Assembly (NCBI GenBank): GCA_016205145.1
Contig: JACQJH010000002.1
Location: forward strand, 300,001-332,000
Direction: 5' to 3'
Length of the DNA: 32,000 bases
Origin: Candidatus Iainarchaeum sp.
GTDB lineage: Archaea > Iainarchaeota > Iainarchaeia > Iainarchaeales > JACQJH01
The translations under genes and the position numbers were made by a program. The number at the start of each line of letters is the position of its first letter. Within the stretch, counting starts at the first letter, position 1. Under the pieces are notes generated by a model. It made no database searches, was not told the origin of the DNA, and was given only the letters and a program-made list of their open reading frames with translations. Below are positions 19,975-28,096 of the stretch, in pieces.

Positions 19975-20703
19975 TCATCCGCTCCTCGGGGGAAAAACCG
20001 TTCCAACGTCTGTCGGCGGCTTGGGCGGGTCGGCGCAGCCTGAAGCATTAAATGTGCATGACGCATTGCATGCAAGGGTTCCGCCGCTGAAGCCGAGCGA
20101 TGCGCAGGTCTTGCCGTTGAGGTTGCTGCCCTCGCATTCCTCGCCGGGTTCAAGCTTGTTGTTGCCGCATACATAGTTTGCGCAGCCGCTCTTGTCGAGT
20201 TTGCAGGAAGCCGAGCATTTGAGGGTTCCGCCGTCAAAGCCGAATCCTGTGCAGGTTTGCGTGCCAAAATCGGTTTTGTCGCATTCCTCCCCAATTTCTT
20301 TCACGCCATTGCCGCAGACCGCGTCGGTGCAGACATTGTTCTTGCACAGTTTTCCTGCCAGGCAGTCGGCATCGGAACTGCAGAATTTCACCGTGCCGGA
20401 GTCAAGGGCACAGCCTTCCGAAGATTTGTCGCTTTCAACGCCGCCGGAAAGGGCGGTTATCTGATAACAGTATTCCGTGCCGCTGGTTGTTGCAGTGTCA
20501 GCATAGCTTGTCTCAACAGTTGAACCGATCGGGGAACTGCCGACAGAGGGTTTTGACCGGTAAATGTTGTATGACAATGGGCCTGAAATCTGCGAGCCAT
20601 CCGTGTTCTGCGTGGGCGCCTGCCATTGGATTATGACCGAAGCCGCGACAAGCGGCAGGACAAGCAGCAGGACAATTCCGATGAAAATTTTTTTACCCGC
20701 CAT
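19975..20703 (-). CDS. Secreted protein: FN3-like domain plus two CGNG-x-E-x-GEEC cysteine-rich repeats (DUF4215 / Myxococcus-type Cys-rich repeat-like)
   Basis: 242 aa counted from the ATG at 20703. The track uses the GTG at 20712, which would overlap the upstream stop. The signal peptide is MAGKKIFIGIVLLLVLPLVAA. The FN3-like segment is IIQWQAPTQNTDGSQISGPLSYNIYRS...TSYADT...GTEYCYQITALSGGVESDKS. The two repeats are VCGNGVKEIGEECDKTDFGTQTCTGFGFDGGTLKCSASCKLDKSGC and VCGNNKLEPGEECEGSNLNGKTCASLGFSGGTLACNASCTFNASGC. Confidence 0.85.
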   Translation of the reverse strand: MAGKKIFIGIVLLLVLPLVAASVIIQWQAPTQNTDGSQISGPLSYNIYRSKPSVGSSPIGSTVETSYADTATTSGTEYCYQITALSGGVESDKSSEGCALDSGTVKFCSSDADCLAGKLCKNNVCTDAVCGNGVKEIGEECDKTDFGTQTCTGFGFDGGTLKCSASCKLDKSGCANYVCGNNKLEPGEECEGSNLNGKTCASLGFSGGTLACNASCTFNASGCADPPKPPTDVGTVFPPRSG

Positions 20704-20708
20704 TGTTT

Positions 20709-22439
20709 TCACCCCGTGTTTTTGCAGCGCTCCGAAATTTTAAGGTTTTTGCAGTTCGGGGACGTGAGATTTGACTTGCAGGCATCCCACCACGTGTCAC
20801 AGAATTCCTTCTGGCTTGTCGTGCCATCAAGCGTGGGCGGCCTCGGCTTGGGCGCGCCCTTGAAATTAAAATTATTTTCCGGCGAGAAGTTTGTCATGAA
20901 AGTGGTCAGTTTGCCTAATGACAGATAGGTCATCTGGCCTGCCGCCGACCATTTTGGCTTGGCGGAGGAAATCCCGAGGGGCGGCGAAGGTATGGGCGTG
21001 CTCGCATAGCAGCTGCCGTACAATGATGAAACACCGCCTGGCAGGCTGCATGAAACGGGCCAGAATTGCTCTTCGCCCGCCTGCCAGGAAAGGTTAAAAT
21101 GGATTTTCAGGGTGTTTTGTGCCGGAATCCCGTCCGGATACGGGAATTCTGCTTGCAGTCTGCGCCCTCCCTGAATTTCACCCAAGGTTACCGTTGAACC
21201 GTTAGCCGGCCCCGGAAGGTTTGGCGCGGCGTAATACACTTGAACTGTTTTTTCGCTCCAAGGCCCGCAGTCCGAGAACGTTGAGCCGGTTTTTGTCTTG
21301 CATGCCCTGCCTTTGAAGGCGTAGGGGCCGATTGCCGGAAAGCCCCGTGAAAAAACCCCGGAACGCGGAATTGTTTCGGAGATGCTGGTTGTGGCGTTCA
21401 CGCGCGAAACAGGATAAGTGTAGCCCGGATAAATGTAGTTCAGCGGAGTGAGCACGAATTCAAAATACTTTGCCGCCTGCGAAACCGTGGCGCTTATTTG
21501 GATGCCGTCGGAGAGGTCTTCGGTTGCGCCGGGCGAAGTCATGGTCAGGGCAGCTCCAGTGCAGTCCTTTGAACAGTTGGCCTGGGTTTCGCCTGATTCG
21601 CAGGCATTGTTGCCGCAGACCGAGGAAATGCAGGCGCCGTTTGAACAGCCGAGCGGGCAGACAGTCCCGATTTCCGAATAACACTGGGCGTCCGGCGGAA
21701 GGTAACATGACTTCAAATTCCCGTTCAGGCAGTAACTTGTGCCCGGAGTGCAGGCATCGGTGCAGGTCTTGCACTGCGCGTTCGCACAGCCTTTCGTGCA
21801 TGTTTCGGTTGTGACCCATTTCTTGCAGCCGTTCACAATCCGGCATTCCTGGAGGTTGCTGCCGGAGCACTGGTAGGAAGTTGCAATGGAACACTCGTCA
21901 GTGCATGATTGCGGGACGCACGCGCCAGCGGAGCAGCCGTTGGAGCATTCTTCCACTTTTTCCGTGAGGCCGTATATGCTGACGCCCGGTGCCCGCGGCG
22001 GATTGTAATTCTTGTGGCATGCGTACAGGTCTCCGCTAACGCACGCCTTTTCCCCTTCAACATTGCAGCGATTGCCAACCAAAGCCCCGTCTTCACACCA
22101 CCAGTCTAATGCGCCGATCGCAAACTGCAGTGCCCTTCCATCCGGCGCGCAAAAACCTTCTTCAATCGAATGCGCATTCTGACAACGATCATTAACATTA
22201 CCATTAAACGGCGGATTGATCTGGCCTTTGGTAAAAAGGCTCGGCCCAAAAGGGTCGTAATACCACGTAACCGGTGCCCCGCTGGCGTCAATCGCGTTAA
22301 AAGGTTCAAATTCAGACGCGGTCCGCGTGGCGGATACAACAGTGTTATCGCTGTCAGTGCATGTCGCGGCGGCGGCTTCCGCCACAAAAAAGGACAGTAA
22401 CAGGATAGCAATCGCCCAAACAACATTTCTGCAATTCAT
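20709..22439 (-). CDS. Secreted cysteine-rich protein (576 aa), three Cys-knot-like modules plus CGNNxCExGE motif
   Basis: The signal peptide is MNCRNVVWAIAILLLSFFVAEAAAA. A CTDSDNT start motif follows. There are three modules of the form C..G.L..C....(W)....C..GC..G/A.C, then VCGNNACESGETQANCSKDC and a beta-rich C-terminal half. The ATG overlaps the upstream stop (ATGA). Confidence 0.88.
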   Translation of the reverse strand: MNCRNVVWAIAILLLSFFVAEAAAATCTDSDNTVVSATRTASEFEPFNAIDASGAPVTWYYDPFGPSLFTKGQINPPFNGNVNDRCQNAHSIEEGFCAPDGRALQFAIGALDWWCEDGALVGNRCNVEGEKACVSGDLYACHKNYNPPRAPGVSIYGLTEKVEECSNGCSAGACVPQSCTDECSIATSYQCSGSNLQECRIVNGCKKWVTTETCTKGCANAQCKTCTDACTPGTSYCLNGNLKSCYLPPDAQCYSEIGTVCPLGCSNGACISSVCGNNACESGETQANCSKDCTGAALTMTSPGATEDLSDGIQISATVSQAAKYFEFVLTPLNYIYPGYTYPVSRVNATTSISETIPRSGVFSRGFPAIGPYAFKGRACKTKTGSTFSDCGPWSEKTVQVYYAAPNLPGPANGSTVTLGEIQGGRRLQAEFPYPDGIPAQNTLKIHFNLSWQAGEEQFWPVSCSLPGGVSSLYGSCYASTPIPSPPLGISSAKPKWSAAGQMTYLSLGKLTTFMTNFSPENNFNFKGAPKPRPPTLDGTTSQKEFCDTWWDACKSNLTSPNCKNLKISERCKNTG

Positions 22440-23227
22440 TTCCTTTTACCCCGTTTAATTTGTGCTTTTCCCTTAATTTCTTTTTTTGCTTTCGGCTTTG
22501 CCCCCGGCTTCAATGGTTTTGCAGCCGGCCCGGGCTTTTGCGCCTGGCTTTGCGTGAAAGGCATTGCCATGGACGGCTGAGGCTCCGTTGCCGGCAGCAG
22601 GCGCGAATCGCCTTGCATTGTTTTTTCGCTTCCGCCGCCTGCGTGGGTTTTGGGTTTCCTGCTTATCATGAACAGGAAGCCGACCGCAGCCATAAACAGC
22701 GCGCCGAGCACGGCGATGGTCAGGTAGAATTCAAGCTGGCTCACCATTGGTTTCGGGAAAGGCGACGGCTTGGGCGCCTGCACCGGGCCCGGAGCAGGAG
22801 CCTGCGGCACTGCAGAACGCGGCCTTTCCGCTGGCAGCGGGGGTTCGGAGAATTGGTTGAAGTAGTTCACGATTGCGGGAACAGTGTTTTTTGCCGTGAT
22901 TTTTATTTCATAGTTTTTTTGCGGTTCCGCCGCGATTTCAACCGTGTACGTTTCCTGTTCGGGCGTGAATTCCGGTATGCGCAGCAATACTGTGCCGTTG
23001 ACGGAAATTTTGACGTCCAAGAGCTTTTTGACCGAAGTGTCAACCGAAAATTGGAGCACCAGCACCGCGCCATTCGAACCGTCTTTCGGCGCGACTGAAA
23101 CAATGGTTATCGGCTGTTGCGGAACGGAATTTTGCGCCGGCGCATTCGCGTCCGGGGAGGATTGCGCGAACACGGCGGAAGCAAGCATGGCAAAAAACAG
23201 CACTGCTATGGTTTTACCCCATCGCAA
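22436..23227 (-). CDS. Type-I membrane protein: signal peptide, Ig-like ectodomain, Pro-rich linker, TM helix, Lys-rich tail (first gene of the operon)
   Basis: 263 aa. The TTG start at 23227 is the only start that preserves the signal peptide MRWGKTIAVLFFAMLASAVFA|QSS. The TM helix is FYLTIAVLGALFMAAVGFLFMI and the tail is KPKAKKEIKGKAQIKRGKRK. Confidence 0.8.
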   Translation of the reverse strand: MRWGKTIAVLFFAMLASAVFAQSSPDANAPAQNSVPQQPITIVSVAPKDGSNGAVLVLQFSVDTSVKKLLDVKISVNGTVLLRIPEFTPEQETYTVEIAAEPQKNYEIKITAKNTVPAIVNYFNQFSEPPLPAERPRSAVPQAPAPGPVQAPKPSPFPKPMVSQLEFYLTIAVLGALFMAAVGFLFMISRKPKTHAGGGSEKTMQGDSRLLPATEPQPSMAMPFTQSQAQKPGPAAKPLKPGAKPKAKKEIKGKAQIKRGKRK

Positions 23228-23251
23228 AAATTACCCCCGCCTGCAAACCAC

Positions 23252-23259
23252 TTATATGT
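23252..23259 (-). promoter_or_regulatory. TATA box for the six-gene surface operon
   Basis: The plus strand reads ttatatgt (minus strand acatataa), centred about 28 nt upstream of the start at 23227. A second TATA-like tatttaaa lies at 23273-23280. Confidence 0.55.
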
Positions 23260-23374
23260 TAATTCATTTTCGTATTTAAATGTTCCATCCGCCAAAACCG
23301 CCGGCATTGTTTTGGCGTGGGCGGAAAAAAACGGGAAAACATGGAATACGATTTTAATCAAAACAGGGAATACC

Positions 23375-23384
23375 ATTTTAATCT
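23375..23384 (+). promoter_or_regulatory. TATA box for the GT-C-like gene (attttaatc duplicated at 23351 and 23375)
   Basis: attttaatct is centred about 27 nt upstream of the ATG at 23406. Confidence 0.5.
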
Positions 23385-23405
23385 AGTTTTGCGTTTTTGT
23401 ATGCT

Positions 23406-24980
23406 ATGGACCGGAGCTTTCAGGCGCTTGTTGCATTGTCATTTTTGCTTGCCGGCATTGCCACAAGCGGCTTCATTTACATTGCCAATCCGCTTGCTTT
23501 GCACCAGGACTCGTTCGACCATCTGGCGCTCGCAAAAATAATCAGGGACGACGGAAAGCTCGTATACCGGTACCCTTACGGCGATGGCTACAGGGATGAG
23601 AATCCCCTGCTTAACCCTGAACCGGGTTTCCATGTCTGGCTCGCCTCGCTTCTTGTCGTGACAAACCTGCATGAAACCCTGCTGGGCGCAATCCTGCCGT
23701 CAATCATCACTTTTCTCCTGGCAACCGGCACTTTTGTTTTCGCGAGAAGGCTTTTCGGAAGCGGTTTGGCGGGCGTTTTCTGCGCAATTGCGGTTGTCGG
23801 CATGAGGAGCAGCAGGCTTTTTTTGGGTCCCCAGTTCCTGGTGCCCATGGCAGTCGGCACGGCGTTGATTCCGTTCAACCTGTTTTTTTTCATTAAAGCC
23901 TGGAAGCAGAAACGCTTCATTGTCCTTTCAGGCATCACTTTTTTTGCCAGCGCCCTTATCCACCCGGTTTATGCGATAATCCTTTTGCCGGCGTTTGCAT
24001 TGCTGATGCTGTCCGACCTGAAAAAAGTGAAGCGGAATGCCGTGATTTTTCTGGGCGGGGGCGCAATCCTGCTTTACCTGTCAAGGTTTTTCGCCACGTT
24101 TCTGAAAATCAATCCAAACCAGGAATGGGTTCCGTTCCTTTTGGATTTGCTGTCAAGGCTGCGGATTCCGCCCTGGAGGCCGGAGGAAAGGCTGCTTGAA
24201 ATTTCAGGGTATTCAAACCTGCTTGTCGTGGGCCTGGCCGGGGCCGGCGTTTGCGCAGTTGCCCTGATTGTCCTGGCAAAAGTGCTGGCCGCATTGTCAA
24301 AAAAGGGCAACAGGCTTGCCGGGCTGTACAATGAAAAGATGCCCGCCATTTGCCTGTATGCTGTTTTCATGGCGGCATTGTTTTTGGAGTTCAGGTTGAG
24401 CGGCTTCTCTTTCCTTGCGCCGGGAGCGCGCGTCTACCAGGCCGTGGGGTATTTCGTGATGCTTTTCGCAGGGTTTGGGCTGTATGCTTTGTTCAGGTTT
24501 GCCGAAAGCTTCGGCAGCATGAAAGAGGAGGGCCCTGCACTGAGCCTTGTTTCCGTGGCATTTGCCATAGTCCTCGCGTTCGCGGTTTTTTCAACCGCTA
24601 TTTCAATGGATGCGGAAAAGCTTGGCTCGAAACCGGGGCCAATCGACCTGGAATTTTTCAGCTGGGTTGACAAAAACGTGCCGAAAGAAGGGAACATTTA
24701 CGTCTTTCCCGTGCTCGGCAAGGCGTTTTACCTTGAAACCCTGCGCAGGCCAAGCATAACCGAGGCCTCAAGGATGGGCCAGCCGCCGGAAACGATCCCC
24801 GAACTGTTCGATTTCCCGAAAGCGGATTGCGCGCAAAAGGAAAAGACCATGAAAAAATATTCGCTTGCGTTCGCGCATTCCTATGAGGAAATAGACTGCG
24901 AAAATTTCGGAAAGGTTTATTCCTACCTCAACCAGGGCCTTGAACAGAACTTCTTTTACCAGCTGCAGGCACAGGGCTGA
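23406..24980 (+). CDS. Polytopic membrane protein, possibly a GT-C-fold glycosyltransferase
   Basis: 524 aa counted from the ATG at 23406. The track uses the TTG at 23397. There are about 12 TM helices, an acidic first loop (HQDSFDHLALAKIIRDDGKLVYRYPYGDGYRDENP) and a soluble C-terminal domain. This architecture resembles ArnT/PMT/AglB-type enzymes, but no diagnostic motif (for example WWDYG) was seen. Confidence 0.7.
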   Translation: MDRSFQALVALSFLLAGIATSGFIYIANPLALHQDSFDHLALAKIIRDDGKLVYRYPYGDGYRDENPLLNPEPGFHVWLASLLVVTNLHETLLGAILPSIITFLLATGTFVFARRLFGSGLAGVFCAIAVVGMRSSRLFLGPQFLVPMAVGTALIPFNLFFFIKAWKQKRFIVLSGITFFASALIHPVYAIILLPAFALLMLSDLKKVKRNAVIFLGGGAILLYLSRFFATFLKINPNQEWVPFLLDLLSRLRIPPWRPEERLLEISGYSNLLVVGLAGAGVCAVALIVLAKVLAALSKKGNRLAGLYNEKMPAICLYAVFMAALFLEFRLSGFSFLAPGARVYQAVGYFVMLFAGFGLYALFRFAESFGSMKEEGPALSLVSVAFAIVLAFAVFSTAISMDAEKLGSKPGPIDLEFFSWVDKNVPKEGNIYVFPVLGKAFYLETLRRPSITEASRMGQPPETIPELFDFPKADCAQKEKTMKKYSLAFAHSYEEIDCENFGKVYSYLNQGLEQNFFYQLQAQG

Positions 24981-25120
24981 GAAAACCGGCCGGAAATCAT
25001 GGGCGCAATAAAATAAACCAGGCAATAAAATGGCTCAGAGTTGAGTTGAATCAACATTTGCTTCCGCTTCAGAAGGTGTTAACCTCATCATCGCCGCTAA
25101 TAGGGGCTGCCGGACAGGTT

Positions 25121-25127
25121 AAAAAAA
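25121..25127 (-). terminator. T7 run after the GNAT-like gene
   Basis: A7 on the plus strand lies 14 nt beyond the stop at 25141 (minus strand). Confidence 0.5.
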
Positions 25128-25140
25128 TATGCAGGCCAGC

Positions 25141-25896
25141 CTAGTCGGTTGCCTCGAACTTTTTCAAGCCGAGCTCTCCCGCGAGTTTGGCGGGCATTTT
25201 GGCGAAATATTTCGACTTTCTTTCAATGACGCCCCACTGTTTTTTGTATGGCTCGTCCCCGACGCCAAGGTCGTAAAACTTTTTGCCGGCGCTGATGGCG
25301 TTGGCGATGTCTTTTGCGAGCAGGAAGGTTGCAATCGACCTGCTTTTGTGCTTTCTGTTCCACCAGCAGCCCAAGTAATAGGTTGTGCCGGCATCGCCCC
25401 CAAAACCGTCAAGGCAGATGTGCACGCCCAGAAGTTCCTTGCCGTCGTACGCGCTGAGCGTGCGCGCATGTTTTTCCCAGAGCAAAAGCCTGCGCTCAAA
25501 ATCCGCTTTTTCTTCCTTCCAGAATTCCAAAAACCATTCTGCGCTTTTGCGGAGGCAGCCTTTCTCGTTTTCAACGAGCTTGACGTTTTCGTTTTTCCTT
25601 TCAAGCCTGCGCAGATCCGTTCTCAAATCCGAGTCCATGCCGAGGGCGTCAAAGCTTTGCGCAAGCGCGATTATGTTCGTCAGGGCGTCGGCGGCATCGG
25701 ATTCAAAGCCGACCGGCGAGTCGGGATGCATGTCCCAGACAAAAAACGGCGCCGGCAGCGCCGCAACATCTTTTTTTTCAAGCCAGAAGTATGGCAAAAA
25801 ATGCACGTCTTTCCAGTTCCAGTAAAAGTCGCCGTCGACGGGCAGCTCTTCAAATTCCGGTTTTTCACACCAGTGTTTGAGGCTTGAAGGATACAT
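25141..25896 (-). CDS. GNAT-fold acyltransferase of the FemAB/CelD (BioF2-like, Acetyltransf_6) type
   Basis: 251 aa. The C-terminal motif KFYDLGVGDEPYKKQWG is typical of CelD/BcsL and FemAB-related EPS-locus proteins. Confidence 0.55.
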   Translation of the reverse strand: MYPSSLKHWCEKPEFEELPVDGDFYWNWKDVHFLPYFWLEKKDVAALPAPFFVWDMHPDSPVGFESDAADALTNIIALAQSFDALGMDSDLRTDLRRLERKNENVKLVENEKGCLRKSAEWFLEFWKEEKADFERRLLLWEKHARTLSAYDGKELLGVHICLDGFGGDAGTTYYLGCWWNRKHKSRSIATFLLAKDIANAISAGKKFYDLGVGDEPYKKQWGVIERKSKYFAKMPAKLAGELGLKKFEATD

Positions 25897-25918
25897 GACA
25901 CAAGATTGAGGGCTTGCA

Positions 25919-25928
25919 GTTTAAAAGT
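25919..25928 (-). promoter_or_regulatory. TATA box for the GNAT-like gene
   Basis: The plus strand reads gtttaaaagt, centred about 27 nt from the ATG at 25896 (minus strand). Confidence 0.5.
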
Positions 25929-25972
25929 TTTCGGAATGCCGGAGGGCACAGGGCCTGAATGCCGCCAATCCG

Positions 25973-25982
25973 CTTTTTATTG
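25973..25982 (+). promoter_or_regulatory. TATA box for the AsnB/Dph6 fusion gene
   Basis: ctttttattg is centred about 27 nt upstream of the ATG at 26005. Confidence 0.5.
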
Positions 25983-26004
25983 CCTTTTTTTGACAAATCC
26001 CTTT

Positions 26005-28089
26005 ATGTGCGGCATCGCCGGATTTTTCGGTTTTCCTGACGCAAAAGCGAGGGCGGAAAAGGCGCTTGACTGCATGCAGGACAGGGGTTTGGACTGCCGC
26101 AAAGTCGTGGCTGAAAAGGAAAACGCCTTTGGCCATCTGCTTCACAGCGTCGTCGGCTCGGTTGAACAGCCATTGCGCGGAAAAGGCGTTTTCGCGTCAA
26201 ACTGCGAAATCTACAACTGGAAAGAGCTTGCGAAAAGGCACAAAGCCGGGGCGCGCAACGATTCGGAGCTTGTGTTCAGGCTGCTGGAACGCGAAAACGG
26301 AACCGGAAAAACTTCGCTGGAAAAAACCCTCGCAGAACTGGACGGCATCTGGGCCTTCTCATACTGGCGCAGCGGAAAAGTTTTTCTGTCACGCGATTTG
26401 TTCGGCGTGAAACCGCTGTTCTATTCCATTGAAGGCGGGTTCTGCTTTGCATCCGAAAAAAAGGCCCTGGAGGCTGCAGGCGCTGTTTCGGGAATACGCG
26501 AACTCGACCCGAGGCACGTGCTTGTTTTCGACCTGAAAACGAAAAAGGCGGAATTCCTGAAGCGGCCTTTTTTGAAAATAAAAAAACTGCGGCTGGATGA
26601 TGAGGGCGCGGAAAACCGGCTGATTGCCCTTCTATCAGATGCCGTGGAAAAGCGCGTGCCGGAAAAAAGCTTCGGCCTGCTTTTCAGCGGCGGCGTGGAT
26701 TCGCTTGTGCTTGCAGTGCTGTTCAAAAAAATGAATCTGAAATTCAAGTGCTTTTTCGCTTTTGCCGAAGGCGCAGGCGAGCCGAAGGATTTGGCGTTCG
26801 CGCAAAAAGCCGCGCGTCGGTTGGACCTGGACCTTGAGACCGTTCCGGTCAAGCTGGATGAAGTGCCGGGCCTGCTTGAAAAAGTCGTGCCGCTCATCGA
26901 GTCAAGCGACCCCGTGCGCGCCGGCGTCGCGCTTCCGGTTTTTGCCGCCTGCCGAGAGGCGAAAAGGCACGGCGTGAAAGTCATTTTTTCCGGCCTCGGC
27001 GCTGACGAGATTTTCTGCGGCTATGCGCGCTTCAGGCAGTCGAACAGCCTGCAAAAAGACTCGCTGAACCTCCTGCTGCAGATGCACGAAAACGATTTGT
27101 ACCGAGACGACGTGGTTTCAATGAACAACAGCATCGAATTGCGCCTCCCGTTCCTCGACAAAAGGCTCGCGGAATTCGCATTGTCGCTTCCGGACAGACA
27201 GAAGATTGAAGGCGAAAGGAACAAGGCCATCCTGAGAAACGCTGCGCTTGCACTCGGCATTCCGGCGGAATTTGCGGAGAGGGGGAAAATTGCGGCGCAA
27301 TACGGCAGCAATTTCGACAAGGCCCTGGAACGGCTTGCCAAAAAAAGCGGCTCGCATGGAAAGGCGGCATTTCTCCAAAGGTTCGCGGCGCGCAAAAACA
27401 TGAAGCTTGCCGCGCTGTTTTCCGGCGGCAAGGATTCGTGCCTCGCATTGTGGACAATGCAGCGCATGAACTATGAAATTTCCTGCCTTGTTTCAATCAT
27501 TCCGGAAAACCCCGATTCGTTCATGTACCACAGGCCGGACGAAAGAATACTCGCATTGCAGGCCGAAGCGCTCGGCATCCCGCTTGTCGTGAAAAGGACA
27601 AAAGGCGAAAAGGAAAAGGAACTCGTTGAATTGAAGTCTGCTTTGGCGGAAGCCAAAAAAAAATTCGGAACCGAGGGCGCGGTTTCCGGCGCATTGTACA
27701 GCAACTACCAGCGCGACCGCATCCAGGAAATCTGCAACGATTTGCATTTGCGCCTGTTTTCGCCGCTGTGGCACAAAAAACAGGAAGAGGAACTGCTGGA
27801 GCTTGTTGACGCGGGCTTTGAATTTGTCATGATAAAAATCGCCGCGTATGGCCTTGACGAAAGCTGGTTGGGAAAGCCGGTCGGGAAAAAAGAAATTGAA
27901 AAGCTCGCGGCACTGGGCAGTAAAATCGGCTTCAATTGCGCGGGCGAGGGCGGCGAATTCGAATCATTGGTTTTGGACGCGCCCAACTTCAAAAAACGCC
28001 TGAAAATCGTTTCATCGGAAAAGAAAATGCGGAACGCGTTTTCCGGCGAACTCGAAATAAGGGAAATCGGGCTTGAAGCAAAGCCATGA
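26005..28089 (+). CDS. Fusion protein: asparagine-synthase-like glutamine amidotransferase (Ntn GATase + PP-loop) joined to a Dph6/MJ0570-like PP-loop ATPase (DUF71, diphthine-ammonia ligase family)
   Basis: 694 aa counted from MCGIAGFFGF, where Cys2 is the class-II GATase nucleophile. The track start at 25906 is upstream of the TATA box. The first PP-loop is SGGVDS at 26686-26703. The second module starts at an in-frame Met at 27400 (MKLAALFSGGKDSCLALW, with the PP-loop at 27421-27438) and ends with the DUF71 motif EGGEFESLVLDAP. There is no stop between the modules. Confidence 0.8.
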   Translation: MCGIAGFFGFPDAKARAEKALDCMQDRGLDCRKVVAEKENAFGHLLHSVVGSVEQPLRGKGVFASNCEIYNWKELAKRHKAGARNDSELVFRLLERENGTGKTSLEKTLAELDGIWAFSYWRSGKVFLSRDLFGVKPLFYSIEGGFCFASEKKALEAAGAVSGIRELDPRHVLVFDLKTKKAEFLKRPFLKIKKLRLDDEGAENRLIALLSDAVEKRVPEKSFGLLFSGGVDSLVLAVLFKKMNLKFKCFFAFAEGAGEPKDLAFAQKAARRLDLDLETVPVKLDEVPGLLEKVVPLIESSDPVRAGVALPVFAACREAKRHGVKVIFSGLGADEIFCGYARFRQSNSLQKDSLNLLLQMHENDLYRDDVVSMNNSIELRLPFLDKRLAEFALSLPDRQKIEGERNKAILRNAALALGIPAEFAERGKIAAQYGSNFDKALERLAKKSGSHGKAAFLQRFAARKNMKLAALFSGGKDSCLALWTMQRMNYEISCLVSIIPENPDSFMYHRPDERILALQAEALGIPLVVKRTKGEKEKELVELKSALAEAKKKFGTEGAVSGALYSNYQRDRIQEICNDLHLRLFSPLWHKKQEEELLELVDAGFEFVMIKIAAYGLDESWLGKPVGKKEIEKLAALGSKIGFNCAGEGGEFESLVLDAPNFKKRLKIVSSEKKMRNAFSGELEIREIGLEAKP

Positions 28090-28096
28090 CAAAAAG

